Position numbers and translations under genes: made by a program. DNA of 64,000 nt from assembly GCA_947476255.1 (NCBI GenBank), contig CANJPY010000003.1, positions 37,551 through 101,550 of the forward strand. The letters are read 5' to 3'. Shown here piece by piece: positions 9,099 through 20,294 of the stretch. Position 1 is the first letter of the stretch, and every line of letters begins with the position of its first letter. Under the pieces are notes generated by a model. That model saw only the letters and a list, made by a program, of their open reading frames with translations, ran no database searches and had not been told where the DNA came from. Source of the DNA: Chthoniobacteraceae bacterium. Lineage in GTDB: Bacteria > Verrucomicrobiota > Verrucomicrobiia > Chthoniobacterales > Chthoniobacteraceae.

Positions 9099-12000
9099 TT
9101 ATTTTGACGGGGCGCCGCTTCTGACCGTAATCCATCCATTGGCTCGCACTAAAGTCGTTGGTTGATACGGGGCATCCCGTTCGATCTCAAGAATGCCGGG
9201 TTGCTGGGAGTCAAACATCCAATCAAGCATCGACTCCTTTTGAATCACGGGGAGAGACATGCCGTCGGCCACAACCTGCACCCTCCCGGAGTTTGATCCT
9301 ACGCGAGTCAGTCCGCCGCCTTTGATCCGGAGGCCTCCTAAGACCGGTTCGACCTGTTCAATCGGGTCCTTGCCAAGGACACTGACTCCATTTTCACAGA
9401 CGGCAAATTTGCCGCGCAATGAGTCTGCGGCAAGAACGCCGGAGCGTTCAGGTTTAAGTTCAGGATTCAATGCGCCCGATAAAAAATCTTTGCCCTGTAG
9501 CTTGTAGGGGGAGGCTGCCGCCGAGCATGAGACGTAGGCGCTGAAGTGAGGCGCTTTGATTCCAGCCATCCCAATCGGGCCATTGAACACGCGGCCGACT
9601 TTCTTTTCTTCAACAAGACGGTTGAAGACAGGCTGAAGTTGGGTGGTCGGTAATTTGCCCGCATCAAAGAGCACACCGCCTTTAAGCCCCGACCCCTGCC
9701 AGAATACCAGGGAGGGCACGCCGTCGGTTCGTTCTAAAACAATCGCTTGAAGAGATTTACAATCGTATCCTGCGATAATATCAACTTCGCGGTTACCCAC
9801 TTTACGCTTGCTCCAGACGGGTGTCAGGTCGTCTTTCCAAGGCCAGGCTGTTTGGAGACTAGATCGCCAGTTCTTGGCGGTTGCTGCTAAGTTCTGATTG
9901 TCTGTGGAAACCCATCCGCTGACATAGAGGAGACTGGGTTGGTGGCGGAGCCAGTCCACGAGTGCGGAGATGGTTTGATCTCGCAAGGGGGCTGCGGTTT
10001 GGCCGTTGAGTCCGATCATTCGATAGCCTGCTAGAGACTTTTCCGAAAGCTGGTTGATCTTCGCGATGCAGTCGAAATCTGCCGCGAGATCAAAGCCTGG
10101 AGAGCGCATGTCTGTGCCGACAAAAAGCACCTCATGGGAATGGGGTGGGAAAGGGACGCCAGAAAGAAGGTTGACGCCATCCTGAATCAGTTTTCGTTCA
10201 AGAAGAAAGCCGTTGCGCATGGCTTTTTTTTCCGCAGCTTCACGCGCAGCGTAGGGGTCCGTCTTCTTGGGGGGCGCATCCAGTTCGAGCAGGTCACTGC
10301 TAATTTTATCTTCCTTATTTAAAACCGATTCCAGCTTCGCACCTTTGGTTTCTTCCACCAATTGGTAGCGTTTCCCCAAGCCGCGAAAACTATGTTCGAG
10401 GGCTTCCTCAAAGGATTTGTTGCCGAGATGTAAATCTTCAAGTTGAACCCAGCGCCCAAAATCTTCGCCTTTCCATCCGACATGGACAAAAAGATAGATT
10501 GCGAAAAGCCCTGGATGTCCGCCTGCAAGCCAGGTGCATAACGAGTCTGCAGAAGTCACCGCTTTTTGAGTCAGTTCTGGGGACAAGGGTACAGGCGTGT
10601 TGTGTTGTATTTGTGTTTGATTCAGGCCCAAGCCAACGCCGACTTTTCCTTGATTCAGCCACAGCACAGGCCTTTCGGGCCATGTTGTTTTCAGTCGCCG
10701 GATTGCGGCGTATCTGCTCCTGCTTGGTGCTCCGTATTCGTAGCCGGCGGCGATATCAAAGTCCCAAAGATTGTCATAGGCACAGGGGCCGTTCTGGTCC
10801 GGCATAAAGGTCGCCACTTGAAATCCTGGGCGAAGTTTGCCGTACCGAAGGCGGATGTAGTCTACAATGCTATTAAATCCCTCGACTGCAATACGCTGCT
10901 CCCAATCCCACCAGGCATCTTTTTGTGCTTGGTTGAGGCGCTCTTTTTCTCCGTTGATCGTCTGTGGATCTATCCCCGCTTCGCGACAGAATAAACGCCA
11001 ACCGTTGTTCCATTCATTGAAGGGCCGGAAGTACATGCTTTCTTCGCCTAGAACAAGGCCATCCAAGCTCTCCCAATGCCCTTCAAACTCGGCGTCCAAA
11101 CCCAGCCAAAAAGCGTCTTTCCAAGACGAATTTAACAGCACTTGCGCGGGATTTTTCGCTGTTTTATTGGCGCGCGGGAGTATCACTTTTCCCTCAGACT
11201 GTGCCTTGTGCAATACTTCCCATTGAGGTGCGTCCGTCGGCTCTCGCCCTGGCGCAGTCAGAAGGTAAAAGCCCTCAAAGGGCGTCTGTGGATCCGAGGG
11301 CATGCCGCAGTTAAAAGACATCGCTTTCTCGGCGGAAACCCGGTTCACAGAGGGGCGCGGTATGGGTGTTCGTTCCCCTTTGCTTCGCGCCACGGCATCT
11401 TCTAAATAAAGGGCGGCGGCGTCTTCCGGCTTGGAGGAGAGTGCCTTCTCCAAAAGCGCTCGCTCCGCCGCAGTCGCTATTTGGGAGGCAACGGCTGCAG
11501 CCTGTAATCGGACCAAACGGTGCCCGTCCTCTAGCAGTGACGGTAAATGTTTTCGTGCGCGCTCTGGATCAAGCCTGCCTAGATGCCGCAGGGCTAAAGC
11601 TCGTACGTGGGGATCTTTATTTTTGGTGGCCGCTTCCAGATCGAAGAGAGCCTCTTGAGAATTTTCAGAGGCCAGAGCTTCGACGATTTGCCGCCGGACG
11701 TAGTGGTGTTCGACTTCTAGTTCAAACAACCGCTGCGCTCGGGGTTCCTTTGGTGCCAAGGCGTGGACAATAATACGGGCGGCTTCTGCGATGGAGGAGT
11801 CAGAATGCCCGGATAAAGCCAGAAGAGCCTGACGATAGTCCGCGAAAGCGGTGGGCGGAAGGTTGCCAAGGACTGATCGGAGCACCGTCCCGTCTGGATC
11901 GGTGAGGCCACGTTGTATCTCGTCCGGTTTGAGTGCGCCGATTTTGAGCAACCCTTTAAATGCAAGTGCGCGGCGCAGACCGCTGACATCGCTTATGAAA

Positions 12001-13277
12001 GAACGCAACTGCGGCACATTCTCCTGGGTTGGTTCGCCGGAAAGGACCGTCAGAGCTTCTTCACAAAGCGGATTTGCGGTGAGGCACGCGGCCGCGCGCG
12101 AGGCGAGCGCAGTCTCTTTCTGACCCCGGGTCGTGAGCGCCCAGACTGCGTAGAAGGCGGTCTCAGGGTCGGGATCATTTTTGAGAAAATCGAGTGCTGG
12201 CACAGGGATATCAGCCGGGTACTGAGCCAGGGCCCATGCAGTGGCACGCCGTAATATGGGGTCTGTGGCTTTTGCTGTGCGTAAAAAGTGTCCGAGTGCT
12301 GCTTTGGACTTCATCGTGCCGAGGCATCTTAGCGCGCCCGCCTGCCGCGTTTTTATTGCCGCACCTCCGTTACGAGGATTGTCTTTGCCGCTCGCAGGCG
12401 TCCCTAAAAGGGCGTCATCGAGATCGTCGTTTCCGGCCTGGAGGATGAAAGCCAGAAGATCTTTCTCAATGACTTCTGTCGAATGCTTGTTGAGGGCACA
12501 GAAGCGTCTGGTTTGAAGCGCAGACTCGTGTGAGAGCGCCTCTGGCAATGCCTGTTGCAACATGACGATGTAGCCGATCGGTTTCTGGACGGCGCGGTTG
12601 TCCGTGGAAAGGGTCGCGCCAGCGCGCACGATCGCAGCTGCGGCCCACGGGTCACTACCAGCTCGCGTGATGAAAGGGCGAAGCTGGTTTAATTGGGTAA
12701 CCCCCGAATTTTCCATAAGTTCGCCCTGAAGCCTTGGCGCTAGGTAATAGGACTCGAGAAACGTACCGTTGTCTAACGGAAGCCCCCGTTGAATAGGGCT
12801 GGATTTGGCGTCGAGTTTCATTTCTGTGGATAGCCACTCTGTGACCGTCTTTAGAACCGCGGGCGTCGAGGTTTCGTCTGACCATTGGAGCCCGCGTTCT
12901 GTCACACCTGAAGCGCGGAGGAGCCGGATCGTCAATTTGCCTTCCTGCCACTCCCAACGTACGAGCGCATCAAGCCCAAGCAGGGCATTGAGTTCAGGAA
13001 AGAGCTCCGAAGGCCGAGCGATTTTTGCCGGACTCAGAACGTCTGCAAAAGCGCTGGCACTTTGGCCTTCGTCAAAAAGTTGAACCTCAGGCGCCTGCTC
13101 AAACCATTCGTAGAGATAGAGTGCAAGAACTTGGTCGACACAAACCGCCCGGGATTTTAGGTGCTTTGACAGGATTCTCTTGCCGGGAGGTTGTACAAGC
13201 AAACGGATTGGACTCGCTTCAAGAATAGCGCTCTGCAGAAGCGAGAGCAGGGAGAGAACAAGAATGAAGATTCTCAC
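9099..13277 (-). CDS. Secreted 1392-aa HEAT-repeat protein of unknown function with large unassigned C-terminal domains
   Basis: The ORF is open over 9099..13493. I place the start at the in-frame GTG at 13277, which yields a signal peptide (M/V)RIFILVLSLLSLLQSAILEA; the 72 codons upstream are Cys/Arg-rich junk. PBS-lyase/HEAT-like repeats occur at DPILRRATAWALAQ, DPHVRALALRHLGRL and GHRLVRLQAAAVA. The C-terminal 700 aa have no motif I recognise with confidence. Confidence 0.8.
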   Translation of the reverse strand: MRIFILVLSLLSLLQSAILEASPIRLLVQPPGKRILSKHLKSRAVCVDQVLALYLYEWFEQAPEVQLFDEGQSASAFADVLSPAKIARPSELFPELNALLGLDALVRWEWQEGKLTIRLLRASGVTERGLQWSDETSTPAVLKTVTEWLSTEMKLDAKSSPIQRGLPLDNGTFLESYYLAPRLQGELMENSGVTQLNQLRPFITRAGSDPWAAAAIVRAGATLSTDNRAVQKPIGYIVMLQQALPEALSHESALQTRRFCALNKHSTEVIEKDLLAFILQAGNDDLDDALLGTPASGKDNPRNGGAAIKTRQAGALRCLGTMKSKAALGHFLRTAKATDPILRRATAWALAQYPADIPVPALDFLKNDPDPETAFYAVWALTTRGQKETALASRAAACLTANPLCEEALTVLSGEPTQENVPQLRSFISDVSGLRRALAFKGLLKIGALKPDEIQRGLTDPDGTVLRSVLGNLPPTAFADYRQALLALSGHSDSSIAEAARIIVHALAPKEPRAQRLFELEVEHHYVRRQIVEALASENSQEALFDLEAATKNKDPHVRALALRHLGRLDPERARKHLPSLLEDGHRLVRLQAAAVASQIATAAERALLEKALSSKPEDAAALYLEDAVARSKGERTPIPRPSVNRVSAEKAMSFNCGMPSDPQTPFEGFYLLTAPGREPTDAPQWEVLHKAQSEGKVILPRANKTAKNPAQVLLNSSWKDAFWLGLDAEFEGHWESLDGLVLGEESMYFRPFNEWNNGWRLFCREAGIDPQTINGEKERLNQAQKDAWWDWEQRIAVEGFNSIVDYIRLRYGKLRPGFQVATFMPDQNGPCAYDNLWDFDIAAGYEYGAPSRSRYAAIRRLKTTWPERPVLWLNQGKVGVGLGLNQTQIQHNTPVPLSPELTQKAVTSADSLCTWLAGGHPGLFAIYLFVHVGWKGEDFGRWVQLEDLHLGNKSFEEALEHSFRGLGKRYQLVEETKGAKLESVLNKEDKISSDLLELDAPPKKTDPYAAREAAEKKAMRNGFLLERKLIQDGVNLLSGVPFPPHSHEVLFVGTDMRSPGFDLAADFDCIAKINQLSEKSLAGYRMIGLNGQTAAPLRDQTISALVDWLRHQPSLLYVSGWVSTDNQNLAATAKNWRSSLQTAWPWKDDLTPVWSKRKVGNREVDIIAGYDCKSLQAIVLERTDGVPSLVFWQGSGLKGGVLFDAGKLPTTQLQPVFNRLVEEKKVGRVFNGPIGMAGIKAPHFSAYVSCSAAASPYKLQGKDFLSGALNPELKPERSGVLAADSLRGKFAVCENGVSVLGKDPIEQVEPVLGGLRIKGGGLTRVGSNSGRVQVVADGMSLPVIQKESMLDWMFDSQQPGILEIERDAPYQPTTLVRANGWITVRSGAPSK

Positions 13278-13583
13278 AGGGTGTGTTTCAGGTTGTAAAA
13301 TTTGGCAGAAATTTTTGAAAAACAGTGTTTTGCAACAGGGTGACGTGAGGCAAAAGCAGGGATTTAAAAGCTCAGGCCTCGCAGGGCAGCGTCCAGTTAA
13401 TCTAAACGAAGCGCTGGTATAGAGGGTGCGAAGAGATGAGACGACAGAACAAATCCCACAGACAGGTGTCCTGTGTTTAAGTGCTCTCCGCACCCTCGAA
13501 GGAACTGGTGTCGGTCCGCTCTGAGGCAGATTTCAGGTTCGGTCTTAGAACACTAAAAATGGACCCTGAATCGCTTTCTCAAA

Positions 13584-15203
13584 TCACTCATCGGTCCGGA
13601 ACGGGACTGCAGGGAGACCGTTCTTGTTGAAGAGGTTTGCCCATGCATGTCGGCCAGACCAAGCATAGCGCACAAACTGAGGTTTGGGAACTTCGCCCGA
13701 GGTGAGGACAACGGTTTCTCCGTCGATGCGGGCATCGGCCCAGTGAAACTTTTTGTCTTCGCCCGCGAGCGCAAATCCTTGGAGCGAATCCCCGTTTTTG
13801 AAGGCAAGGCCGTCGCCGGTGTGCGTGAATTTCACATGGACAGCGGAGTCCTTTATGGTTTGTGAGGCGTACGTAGGGCCGCTGGTCTCGACTTTCTTGC
13901 CATAGACAAAGCCAAGTGCCACGGCCGCCGCGCGGGAGCCATAACCGGATTTGCACGGGGGATGGATGCCATCGCCAAGGTCACTGCCAATGACCATGGC
14001 CGTGCGTGGATACGTGCCTATCTTGATGTGTTCTTCCCTGTATGCGCCGTCCCCGGGTACAGCCGCAGGCAGTTTTTCAAACTTGTTGGCGTACAGGTTG
14101 ATTGGGTTGTTGTAGTCGTAAGCACACCCGCCGCCGCTTGGTTTTTGAATATAAAGGAAAGGGAACTCTCCCTGGCCCCATTCCTTGCGCCAACCGCGAA
14201 GGAGCCCTCCCATCATTTGAAATTGGCCAACTCCGGTCACGGCCGTGCCGCTTTCCCCTTGATCCCATAACACACCGCGAATTCCGTAACCTACGAACGG
14301 CCGCATGTGGAGGTCATAGAGATGGCCAATTTCGCCCGTCGAATCTCCGGCACGCATTGGCTTTGCGGGCCGCGCAGGCGGGCGCGTCGTTTTGCGTTCT
14401 TCCTCGGACAACTTTTGAAACTTGGCGAACTCCTCCGCATACAACTTAGAGTCCTCCGTAAACTTCAGGATTGCAGCCTCATATGCTGCTGGATCTTTGT
14501 CGAAGGGATTCGTGGCACGTGCCTTTGTGATGGCATCCTGAATGGGTTTGTCTTCTTCGAAAGCTTGTTTCGAGAGCCAGAAACCCGAAGGCGTCCCCCC
14601 CACCGCTCCAACCAGCAAGCCAACAGGTACGTCCAATTCTTTTTGAAGCGGTTGGCCGAATGAAAACAACATCGCGGAAAAGCGTTTGTTGGTTTCGGGC
14701 GTCGATGTTTCCCATCCAGGGCGGCCCTTGGAAATCATGCGCAGGTTCGGATAGGCGCCGTTGGAAAGAGCTTCGAGGACTGCATCATCCTTGGTGTAAG
14801 AAGAGACGAGCATGTCCATGTTGGACTGCCCGGAGCCAACCCAGACCTCGCCAACTAAAATGTCTTCCAATGTAACCGGGGTCCCGCTCGCGCCGGTGAC
14901 GGTCATTGAACGCGGTGTGGTGGACGTAGTTAATGGATCGAGTTTGACGAGCCACTTTCCGTCCGCATTCGCGGCGGTTTCCTTTTTTTGCCCCGCGAAT
15001 TCTACTTTCACCTTTTCCTCGGGTGTGGCGGTTCCCCAAATGGGAACGGCCATCTCACGTTGTAGCACCATGTGACTGCTCAGAACCTTTGGTAACTTGA
15101 CTTCGGCGTGCAGTGCGGTTGCACACACAGCGTTGCTGAATAAAAGCAGCAGACCACGAGCGGCAAAAGCCTGCCCGGGACATTTTAGAGGGGGTGTTTT
15201 CAT
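13584..15203 (-). CDS. Secreted sialate O-acetylesterase-family (SASA) carbohydrate esterase, two-domain form
   Basis: I moved the start to the ATG at 15203 (MKTPPLKCPGQAFAARGLLLLFSNAVCATALHA is a signal peptide). It has the catalytic block VWVGSGQSNM, then GVLWDQGESG, and a C-terminal beta-sandwich (VRYAWSGRHAWANLFNKNGLPAVPFRTD) that is typical of this family. Confidence 0.9.
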   Translation of the reverse strand: MKTPPLKCPGQAFAARGLLLLFSNAVCATALHAEVKLPKVLSSHMVLQREMAVPIWGTATPEEKVKVEFAGQKKETAANADGKWLVKLDPLTTSTTPRSMTVTGASGTPVTLEDILVGEVWVGSGQSNMDMLVSSYTKDDAVLEALSNGAYPNLRMISKGRPGWETSTPETNKRFSAMLFSFGQPLQKELDVPVGLLVGAVGGTPSGFWLSKQAFEEDKPIQDAITKARATNPFDKDPAAYEAAILKFTEDSKLYAEEFAKFQKLSEEERKTTRPPARPAKPMRAGDSTGEIGHLYDLHMRPFVGYGIRGVLWDQGESGTAVTGVGQFQMMGGLLRGWRKEWGQGEFPFLYIQKPSGGGCAYDYNNPINLYANKFEKLPAAVPGDGAYREEHIKIGTYPRTAMVIGSDLGDGIHPPCKSGYGSRAAAVALGFVYGKKVETSGPTYASQTIKDSAVHVKFTHTGDGLAFKNGDSLQGFALAGEDKKFHWADARIDGETVVLTSGEVPKPQFVRYAWSGRHAWANLFNKNGLPAVPFRTDE

Positions 15204-15588
15204 AGTGGTTTTGTAAGTGAACAACTTCAGGGCACTCGCAGCCTCTTGGGTGATGCGAGATGCCTGACTGTTAAATAGCCGAAAGCTGTAATCGATCACA
15301 ACCACTATAAGGGTATTTGCTGGTCCCGCGTTCGCGGTTTGGGAATTTTAGATTTCAAGGTGTGTCAGCTTTAAAATTTCCGCTCCTGTGTTTTGTCAGA
15401 ACCCTGTGCGCCTCAGGGTTTCCATGCCCCACCGTGCGGAAACAGGACACCCCTGCAGAGCGACAGCGACCCTCGATTTTTGCAGGCATTATGAAAGTCG
15501 TTTCTAAGAATTTCGGCGCTGCGGGTTTTCCTTGAACGGTGGCAATAAAGGTCGCCCGTTGACTTGGGTTCGTTCTATCCATTCTTGC

Positions 15589-18500
15589 ATGAAGTCCTCT
15601 CGCCTGTTTTCCGTGAAAACCTTCGTTTTTTTAGTCCTGGGGCTTTGGTTTGTGCCTCAAGGTTTGGTTTGTGCCGCAGGGGGCGTCTCCCCGGATTTCA
15701 ACCGCGATATCCGCCCGATTCTTTCCGACAAATGCTACTACTGCCATGGTCCAGACGATGCCCATCGCAAAGGGAAGCTTAGGCTAGACACTGCCGAGGG
15801 CGCGGCAAAGGTTCTTGGGAATAAGAATGCCGCCAAAAGCGAACTTCTCCATCGCGTCACCTCCAAGGACCCAGATGAGGTGATGCCGCCGCCGGACGGG
15901 AATATCGGCAAGAGTTTGTCAGCAGCCGAAGTCGAATTGCTTAAGAGATGGGTTGAGAGTGGGGCTGTTTACTCCAAGCACTGGGCGTTCCTTCCGCCAG
16001 AGCGGCCTCGGATTGCGACGCAGCCCACCGAGCGTCTCCACCCCATTGACGCCCTCGCGCGCAGGCGCCTCACTGAAGAAAAGTTCTCATTCAACCCACC
16101 TGCCTCCAAGGAGACTTTGATTCGCAGGATGACCTTGGATCTCACCGGACTGCCTCCAACGGCATCGGAGATCGCTCAGTTCAAAACCGACACTTCCCCG
16201 GATGCCACTCAAAAATTGATCGACCGCGTTTTAGCGTCCCCCCATTACGGCGAACGGATGGCTTTGCTTTGGATGGATCTCGCTCGGTACGGAGATTCCA
16301 GCGTTTATCACGCAGACGGCCCGCGCGAAATGTGGGGTTGGCGGGACTGGGTGATCGGTGCGTTCAACGCGAACATGCCCTTTGACCAGTTTACGATTGA
16401 GCAGCTCGCCGGTGATCTTATTCCCAAGGCGACGCTGGCTCAAAAAGTAGCGTCGGGTTTTAATCGCAATCATGCCACCACAGACGAGGGTGGAGTCATC
16501 GCCGAGGAGTTCCGCGTCGACTACGTTGTGGACCGCGTCAAAACCACCTCCAATGTCTGGCTGGGACTAAGTTTGGAATGCGCTCAATGCCACGATCATA
16601 AATATGATCCGATTTCGCAAACTGAGTACTACCGTTTTTATTCGTTCTTCAACAATACCAAGGACGGCGGTATGCAGACCCGGAACGGGAATGCCGCGCC
16701 GATGGTTGAAATTCCAGATCCTGAGGCCGACGTAAAATTAAAGCTGGCACAAGAGGCTGTAAACAAAGCACTGGCAAACCTGCATGCGGCGGGACAGCCA
16801 AAGCTCAAAGGAAAAGTCTTCTCGGACTGGGCCGCGCCGAAGGACATCGAAAACGCCAAGCCCTTTCCCGTGGAGGGTGTGGTCATGCACATCCCCTGCG
16901 TGGAGTCCGACAAGACGATTCTTGTAAGCAGCTTGGAGGGCCTCAATGCTTCGACGGGAGGGATTGCACTTGCGAAAGCCGAGCGTGCAGGAACATCTGG
17001 ACTGACCCTTGCAGGGAATGTGTCCGCGGTATTTGACGGTGGGCCGCAGCTTGATGGTCACAGTCCGTTCTCGTTTTCAGTCTGGCTTAAAATTCCGGCT
17101 GTTTCCGGCTCGGCATCAATTTTGACCCGAATGAAAACGGATGCAACCTATCGGGGCTTCGATATTGGATTGGAGAATGGCAAGCCCGGGCTGCACCTTG
17201 TGCATCAATGGAACGGGAGTGCGCTTAAGTTGTACGCCAAGGATCCTCTTCAAAAGGATACTTGGCAGCATATCGTCCTCACATACGACGGTTCGGGCAA
17301 GGCGTCTGGGGTTCATCTTTTCGTGAATGGCGACCTCTGGGAAATGAAGGTTCAAGCTGATACACTATCTGCGTCGAGTGAGACAGACGCACCTCTGGTA
17401 TTTGGAGGTCGCCAGGATGGTTCCCGTTTCCGTGGCGATGTGTCAGAAGTAACTCTCTGGAAGCGCGAACTGGCAGTGAACGAAATCAAAGACGCTGCCC
17501 AAAGCTATATTCAAGCCCTGCGGTATTATCCCGTGGACTTGCGCACTGAGACGCAAGCAAAAGCTCTTGCACAGGCATTCCTTCTCGGACAGGACCGCTC
17601 TGATGCGACGCAGCGTACCGCTTATGCCAAGGCTCTTGATGCCGAACTAAAATCTCGAAAAGGACTGAGTAGTGTGATGGTGATGGAGGATCTTCCAGAG
17701 GCCCAACGTCGCGCGACGTTTGTACTTAGTCGCGGGCAGTACGATGCACCGCTCAAAGACCGTGAAGTGAAGCCTGGAGTTCCTGCCATACTTCCTCCCC
17801 TTTCTTCAGAAGGGGAATTCGACCGCTTGTCGCTTGCGCGCTGGTTGGTTCAGCCGGGGCATCCCCTGACGGCGAGGGTGACGGTAAATCGGATTTGGCA
17901 AATGCTTTTTGGCGAGGGCTTGGTAAGAACAAGCGAGGATTTTGGAATGCAGGGCGAAATGCCAAGCCACAGCGATTTATTGGACTGGCTGGCTGTCGAG
18001 TTTGTGGAATCCGGCTGGAATCTCAAGCACCTCATCCGGCAGATCGTTTCGAGCCAAACCTATGGCCAAGATGGGCGTCAGACCCCTCAAACATTGGAAC
18101 TTGACCCGGAAAACAGACTGCTTGCCCGAGGGCCGCGCATTCGTTTGCAGGCTGAGTTTATTAGGGACAATGCACTTGCTGTGAGCCATTTGCTAAACCC
18201 AAAAATCGGAGGCCCAAGTGTTAAACCATATCAGCCTGCGGGTGTCTGGGAAGAGGTGGCTCTCGACACCAACCTTTCGAAGTTTACGCCAGACACAGGA
18301 GAGAAACTTTACCGGCGCTCGATGTACACTTACTGGAAGCGGTCTTCTCCTCATCCCTCCATGGTGACCTTCGACGCTACTACGCGAGAGAAGTGTACCG
18401 GACGGCGCTCGCGCACTAACACTCCGCTGCAGGCTCTTGTGACATTAAACGACCCGCAGTTTGTCGAGGCCGCGCGCGCGTTTGCTCAACGTGTGATTCG

Positions 18501-18765
18501 CGAAAGCGGAACCTCTGCCTCAGATCGTGTCACCTTTGCCATTCGAGAAGCTCTTGGTCGTGAGCCGAGGTCTAGAGAAGTTGAAGCGCTCTCCGAACTG
18601 GCACGTACCGAGTTTGAAAGATTTCAAAACGAACCGGAGAAAGCACGCCGGTTGCTGTCGGTTGGTGAACATTCTCGCGACAAAACCATTCCTGAACAGG
18701 AGCATGCCACTTGGATGGTAATTGCAAATACAGTCCTTAATTTGGATGAATTTTTGGTCAAATAG
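15589..18765 (+). CDS. PSCyt1 / DUF1549 (PSCyt2) / LamG-like / DUF1553 (PSD1) secreted protein
   Basis: The start is at the ATG at 15589 (MKSSRLFSVKTFVFLVLGLWFV). CYYCH is at 15733..15747, followed by KGKLRLD. The DUF1549 block is LIRRMTLDLTGLPPT. A second motif, CAQCHDHKYDP, is at 16579... A laminin-G_3-like insert spans about 16990-17490 (FSFSVWLKIP...LTYDGSGKASGVHLFVNGD). The DUF1553 tail is VNRIWQMLFGEGLV... Confidence 0.93.
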   Translation: MKSSRLFSVKTFVFLVLGLWFVPQGLVCAAGGVSPDFNRDIRPILSDKCYYCHGPDDAHRKGKLRLDTAEGAAKVLGNKNAAKSELLHRVTSKDPDEVMPPPDGNIGKSLSAAEVELLKRWVESGAVYSKHWAFLPPERPRIATQPTERLHPIDALARRRLTEEKFSFNPPASKETLIRRMTLDLTGLPPTASEIAQFKTDTSPDATQKLIDRVLASPHYGERMALLWMDLARYGDSSVYHADGPREMWGWRDWVIGAFNANMPFDQFTIEQLAGDLIPKATLAQKVASGFNRNHATTDEGGVIAEEFRVDYVVDRVKTTSNVWLGLSLECAQCHDHKYDPISQTEYYRFYSFFNNTKDGGMQTRNGNAAPMVEIPDPEADVKLKLAQEAVNKALANLHAAGQPKLKGKVFSDWAAPKDIENAKPFPVEGVVMHIPCVESDKTILVSSLEGLNASTGGIALAKAERAGTSGLTLAGNVSAVFDGGPQLDGHSPFSFSVWLKIPAVSGSASILTRMKTDATYRGFDIGLENGKPGLHLVHQWNGSALKLYAKDPLQKDTWQHIVLTYDGSGKASGVHLFVNGDLWEMKVQADTLSASSETDAPLVFGGRQDGSRFRGDVSEVTLWKRELAVNEIKDAAQSYIQALRYYPVDLRTETQAKALAQAFLLGQDRSDATQRTAYAKALDAELKSRKGLSSVMVMEDLPEAQRRATFVLSRGQYDAPLKDREVKPGVPAILPPLSSEGEFDRLSLARWLVQPGHPLTARVTVNRIWQMLFGEGLVRTSEDFGMQGEMPSHSDLLDWLAVEFVESGWNLKHLIRQIVSSQTYGQDGRQTPQTLELDPENRLLARGPRIRLQAEFIRDNALAVSHLLNPKIGGPSVKPYQPAGVWEEVALDTNLSKFTPDTGEKLYRRSMYTYWKRSSPHPSMVTFDATTREKCTGRRSRTNTPLQALVTLNDPQFVEAARAFAQRVIRESGTSASDRVTFAIREALGREPRSREVEALSELARTEFERFQNEPEKARRLLSVGEHSRDKTIPEQEHATWMVIANTVLNLDEFLVK

Positions 18766-18818
18766 GCCGGTGTCGGAGTTCACATTTTTAATCCTCTAGT
18801 CCTGAAACATTTTTCGAC

Positions 18819-20231
18819 ATGATAAATCGCAGAGCCTTCATTTCACGTTCTGGAACTGCCCTAGGGGCGACCGCGCTCTCGGGCCTTCTGAATCCCAGCC
18901 TTTACGGAACGGCAGCGGCCAGCGCAGGGACCCACTTCGCTCCAAAAGCCAAGCGCTTGATCTACCTGTTCCTCGCCGGGGGCCCGTCGCATATCGATAC
19001 CTTCGACTACAAACCTGCAATGCGAAAGCTCCATGGAATCGAGCTCCCCGAATCCATCCGCAATGGCCAGCGGATCACGGGGATGACGAGTGGGCAAAAA
19101 GCGTTTCCCTGCGTTGCTCCGATGTTTGAGTTCAAGCAGTACGGTCAACGCGGCGCGTGGGTCAACAGCGACATCCTGCCGCACACGGCGTCAATGATCG
19201 ATGAGATGGCCGTGATCAAGTCTCTCCATACGGAGGCGATTAATCATGACCCAGCTATCACGTACATCGCCACGGGTGCCCAGCAGCCAGGACGTCCCAG
19301 CCTCGGTGCCTGGCTCAGTTATGGACTGGGTTCAGAGAATGCCAACATGCCCGCATTTGTCGTGATGATCTCGCAGGGACGCGGTCAAAAACAGGCGCTG
19401 TACTCGCGGCTGTGGGGGAGTGGTTTTTTGCCTTCGCGGCATCAAGGGGTGCAATTCCGCAGCTCTGGTGACCCGGTGTTGTATCTCTCGAATCCCGAGG
19501 GCTTGGATCGCTCGACTCGGCGGGCGCAACTTGATGTGCTAGGAGCGCTTAACGCCGATAGCGCTGAGCTTTCACGCGACCCTGAGACGATTGCGCGCAT
19601 TTCCCAGTATGAGATGGCGTTTCGCATGCAGACAGCGGTCCCGGAGGTGGTCGATATCTCGAAGGAACCCGAATCGGTGCGAAACCTCTACGGGCCTGAT
19701 GTAATGAAGCCTGGCAGTTTCGCTGCAAACTGTCTGCTCGCGCGGAGAATGTCTGAGCAGGGTGTTCGCTTTGTACAGATCTTTCATCAAGGCTGGGACC
19801 AGCATGGCTCGTTGCCCTCAAAACTAAGGCTGCAATGTGAGGACATTGATCAGGCTTGTGCCGGATTGTTGAAGGATCTTAAACAGCGCGGCATGTTGGA
19901 CGATACGCTGGTGGTTTGCGGAGGCGAATTCGGGCGCACCATCTACAGTCAGGGCGCCCTTAGTGCCGACAATCATGGGCGTGACCACCATGGCCGGTGT
20001 TTTTCTACGTGGTTGGCCGGAGGCGGCGTCAAGCCAGGGATGGAATACGGCGTTACCGACGATTTTTCTTATAACATCCTCGAGAACCCAGTTCACATTC
20101 GTGATCTAAACGCCACGATTTTACACTGCATGGGGGTTGATCATCGCCGCCTCACCTTCCGTTATCAGGGGTTGGACCAGCGGTTGACAGGCGTGGAGGA
20201 GGCTCGTGTGGTCAACGCATTGCTGTCTTAA
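18819..20231 (+). CDS. DUF1501 protein (Tat-exported, sulfatase/alkaline-phosphatase-like fold)
   Basis: It has a twin-arginine leader, [20 protein letters not shown]. The conserved DUF1501 blocks are [22 protein letters not shown] and HGRDHHG. The gene lies 53 nt downstream of the DUF1553 gene on the same strand. Confidence 0.93.
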   Translation: MINRRAFISRSGTALGATALSGLLNPSLYGTAAASAGTHFAPKAKRLIYLFLAGGPSHIDTFDYKPAMRKLHGIELPESIRNGQRITGMTSGQKAFPCVAPMFEFKQYGQRGAWVNSDILPHTASMIDEMAVIKSLHTEAINHDPAITYIATGAQQPGRPSLGAWLSYGLGSENANMPAFVVMISQGRGQKQALYSRLWGSGFLPSRHQGVQFRSSGDPVLYLSNPEGLDRSTRRAQLDVLGALNADSAELSRDPETIARISQYEMAFRMQTAVPEVVDISKEPESVRNLYGPDVMKPGSFAANCLLARRMSEQGVRFVQIFHQGWDQHGSLPSKLRLQCEDIDQACAGLLKDLKQRGMLDDTLVVCGGEFGRTIYSQGALSADNHGRDHHGRCFSTWLAGGGVKPGMEYGVTDDFSYNILENPVHIRDLNATILHCMGVDHRRLTFRYQGLDQRLTGVEEARVVNALLS

Positions 20232-20294
20232 AACCCGTGGTTCTCTTTGGGAGGCCAGTTTGCCTGTGGAATTTCTGAGATCGCCTGGCGCTCC

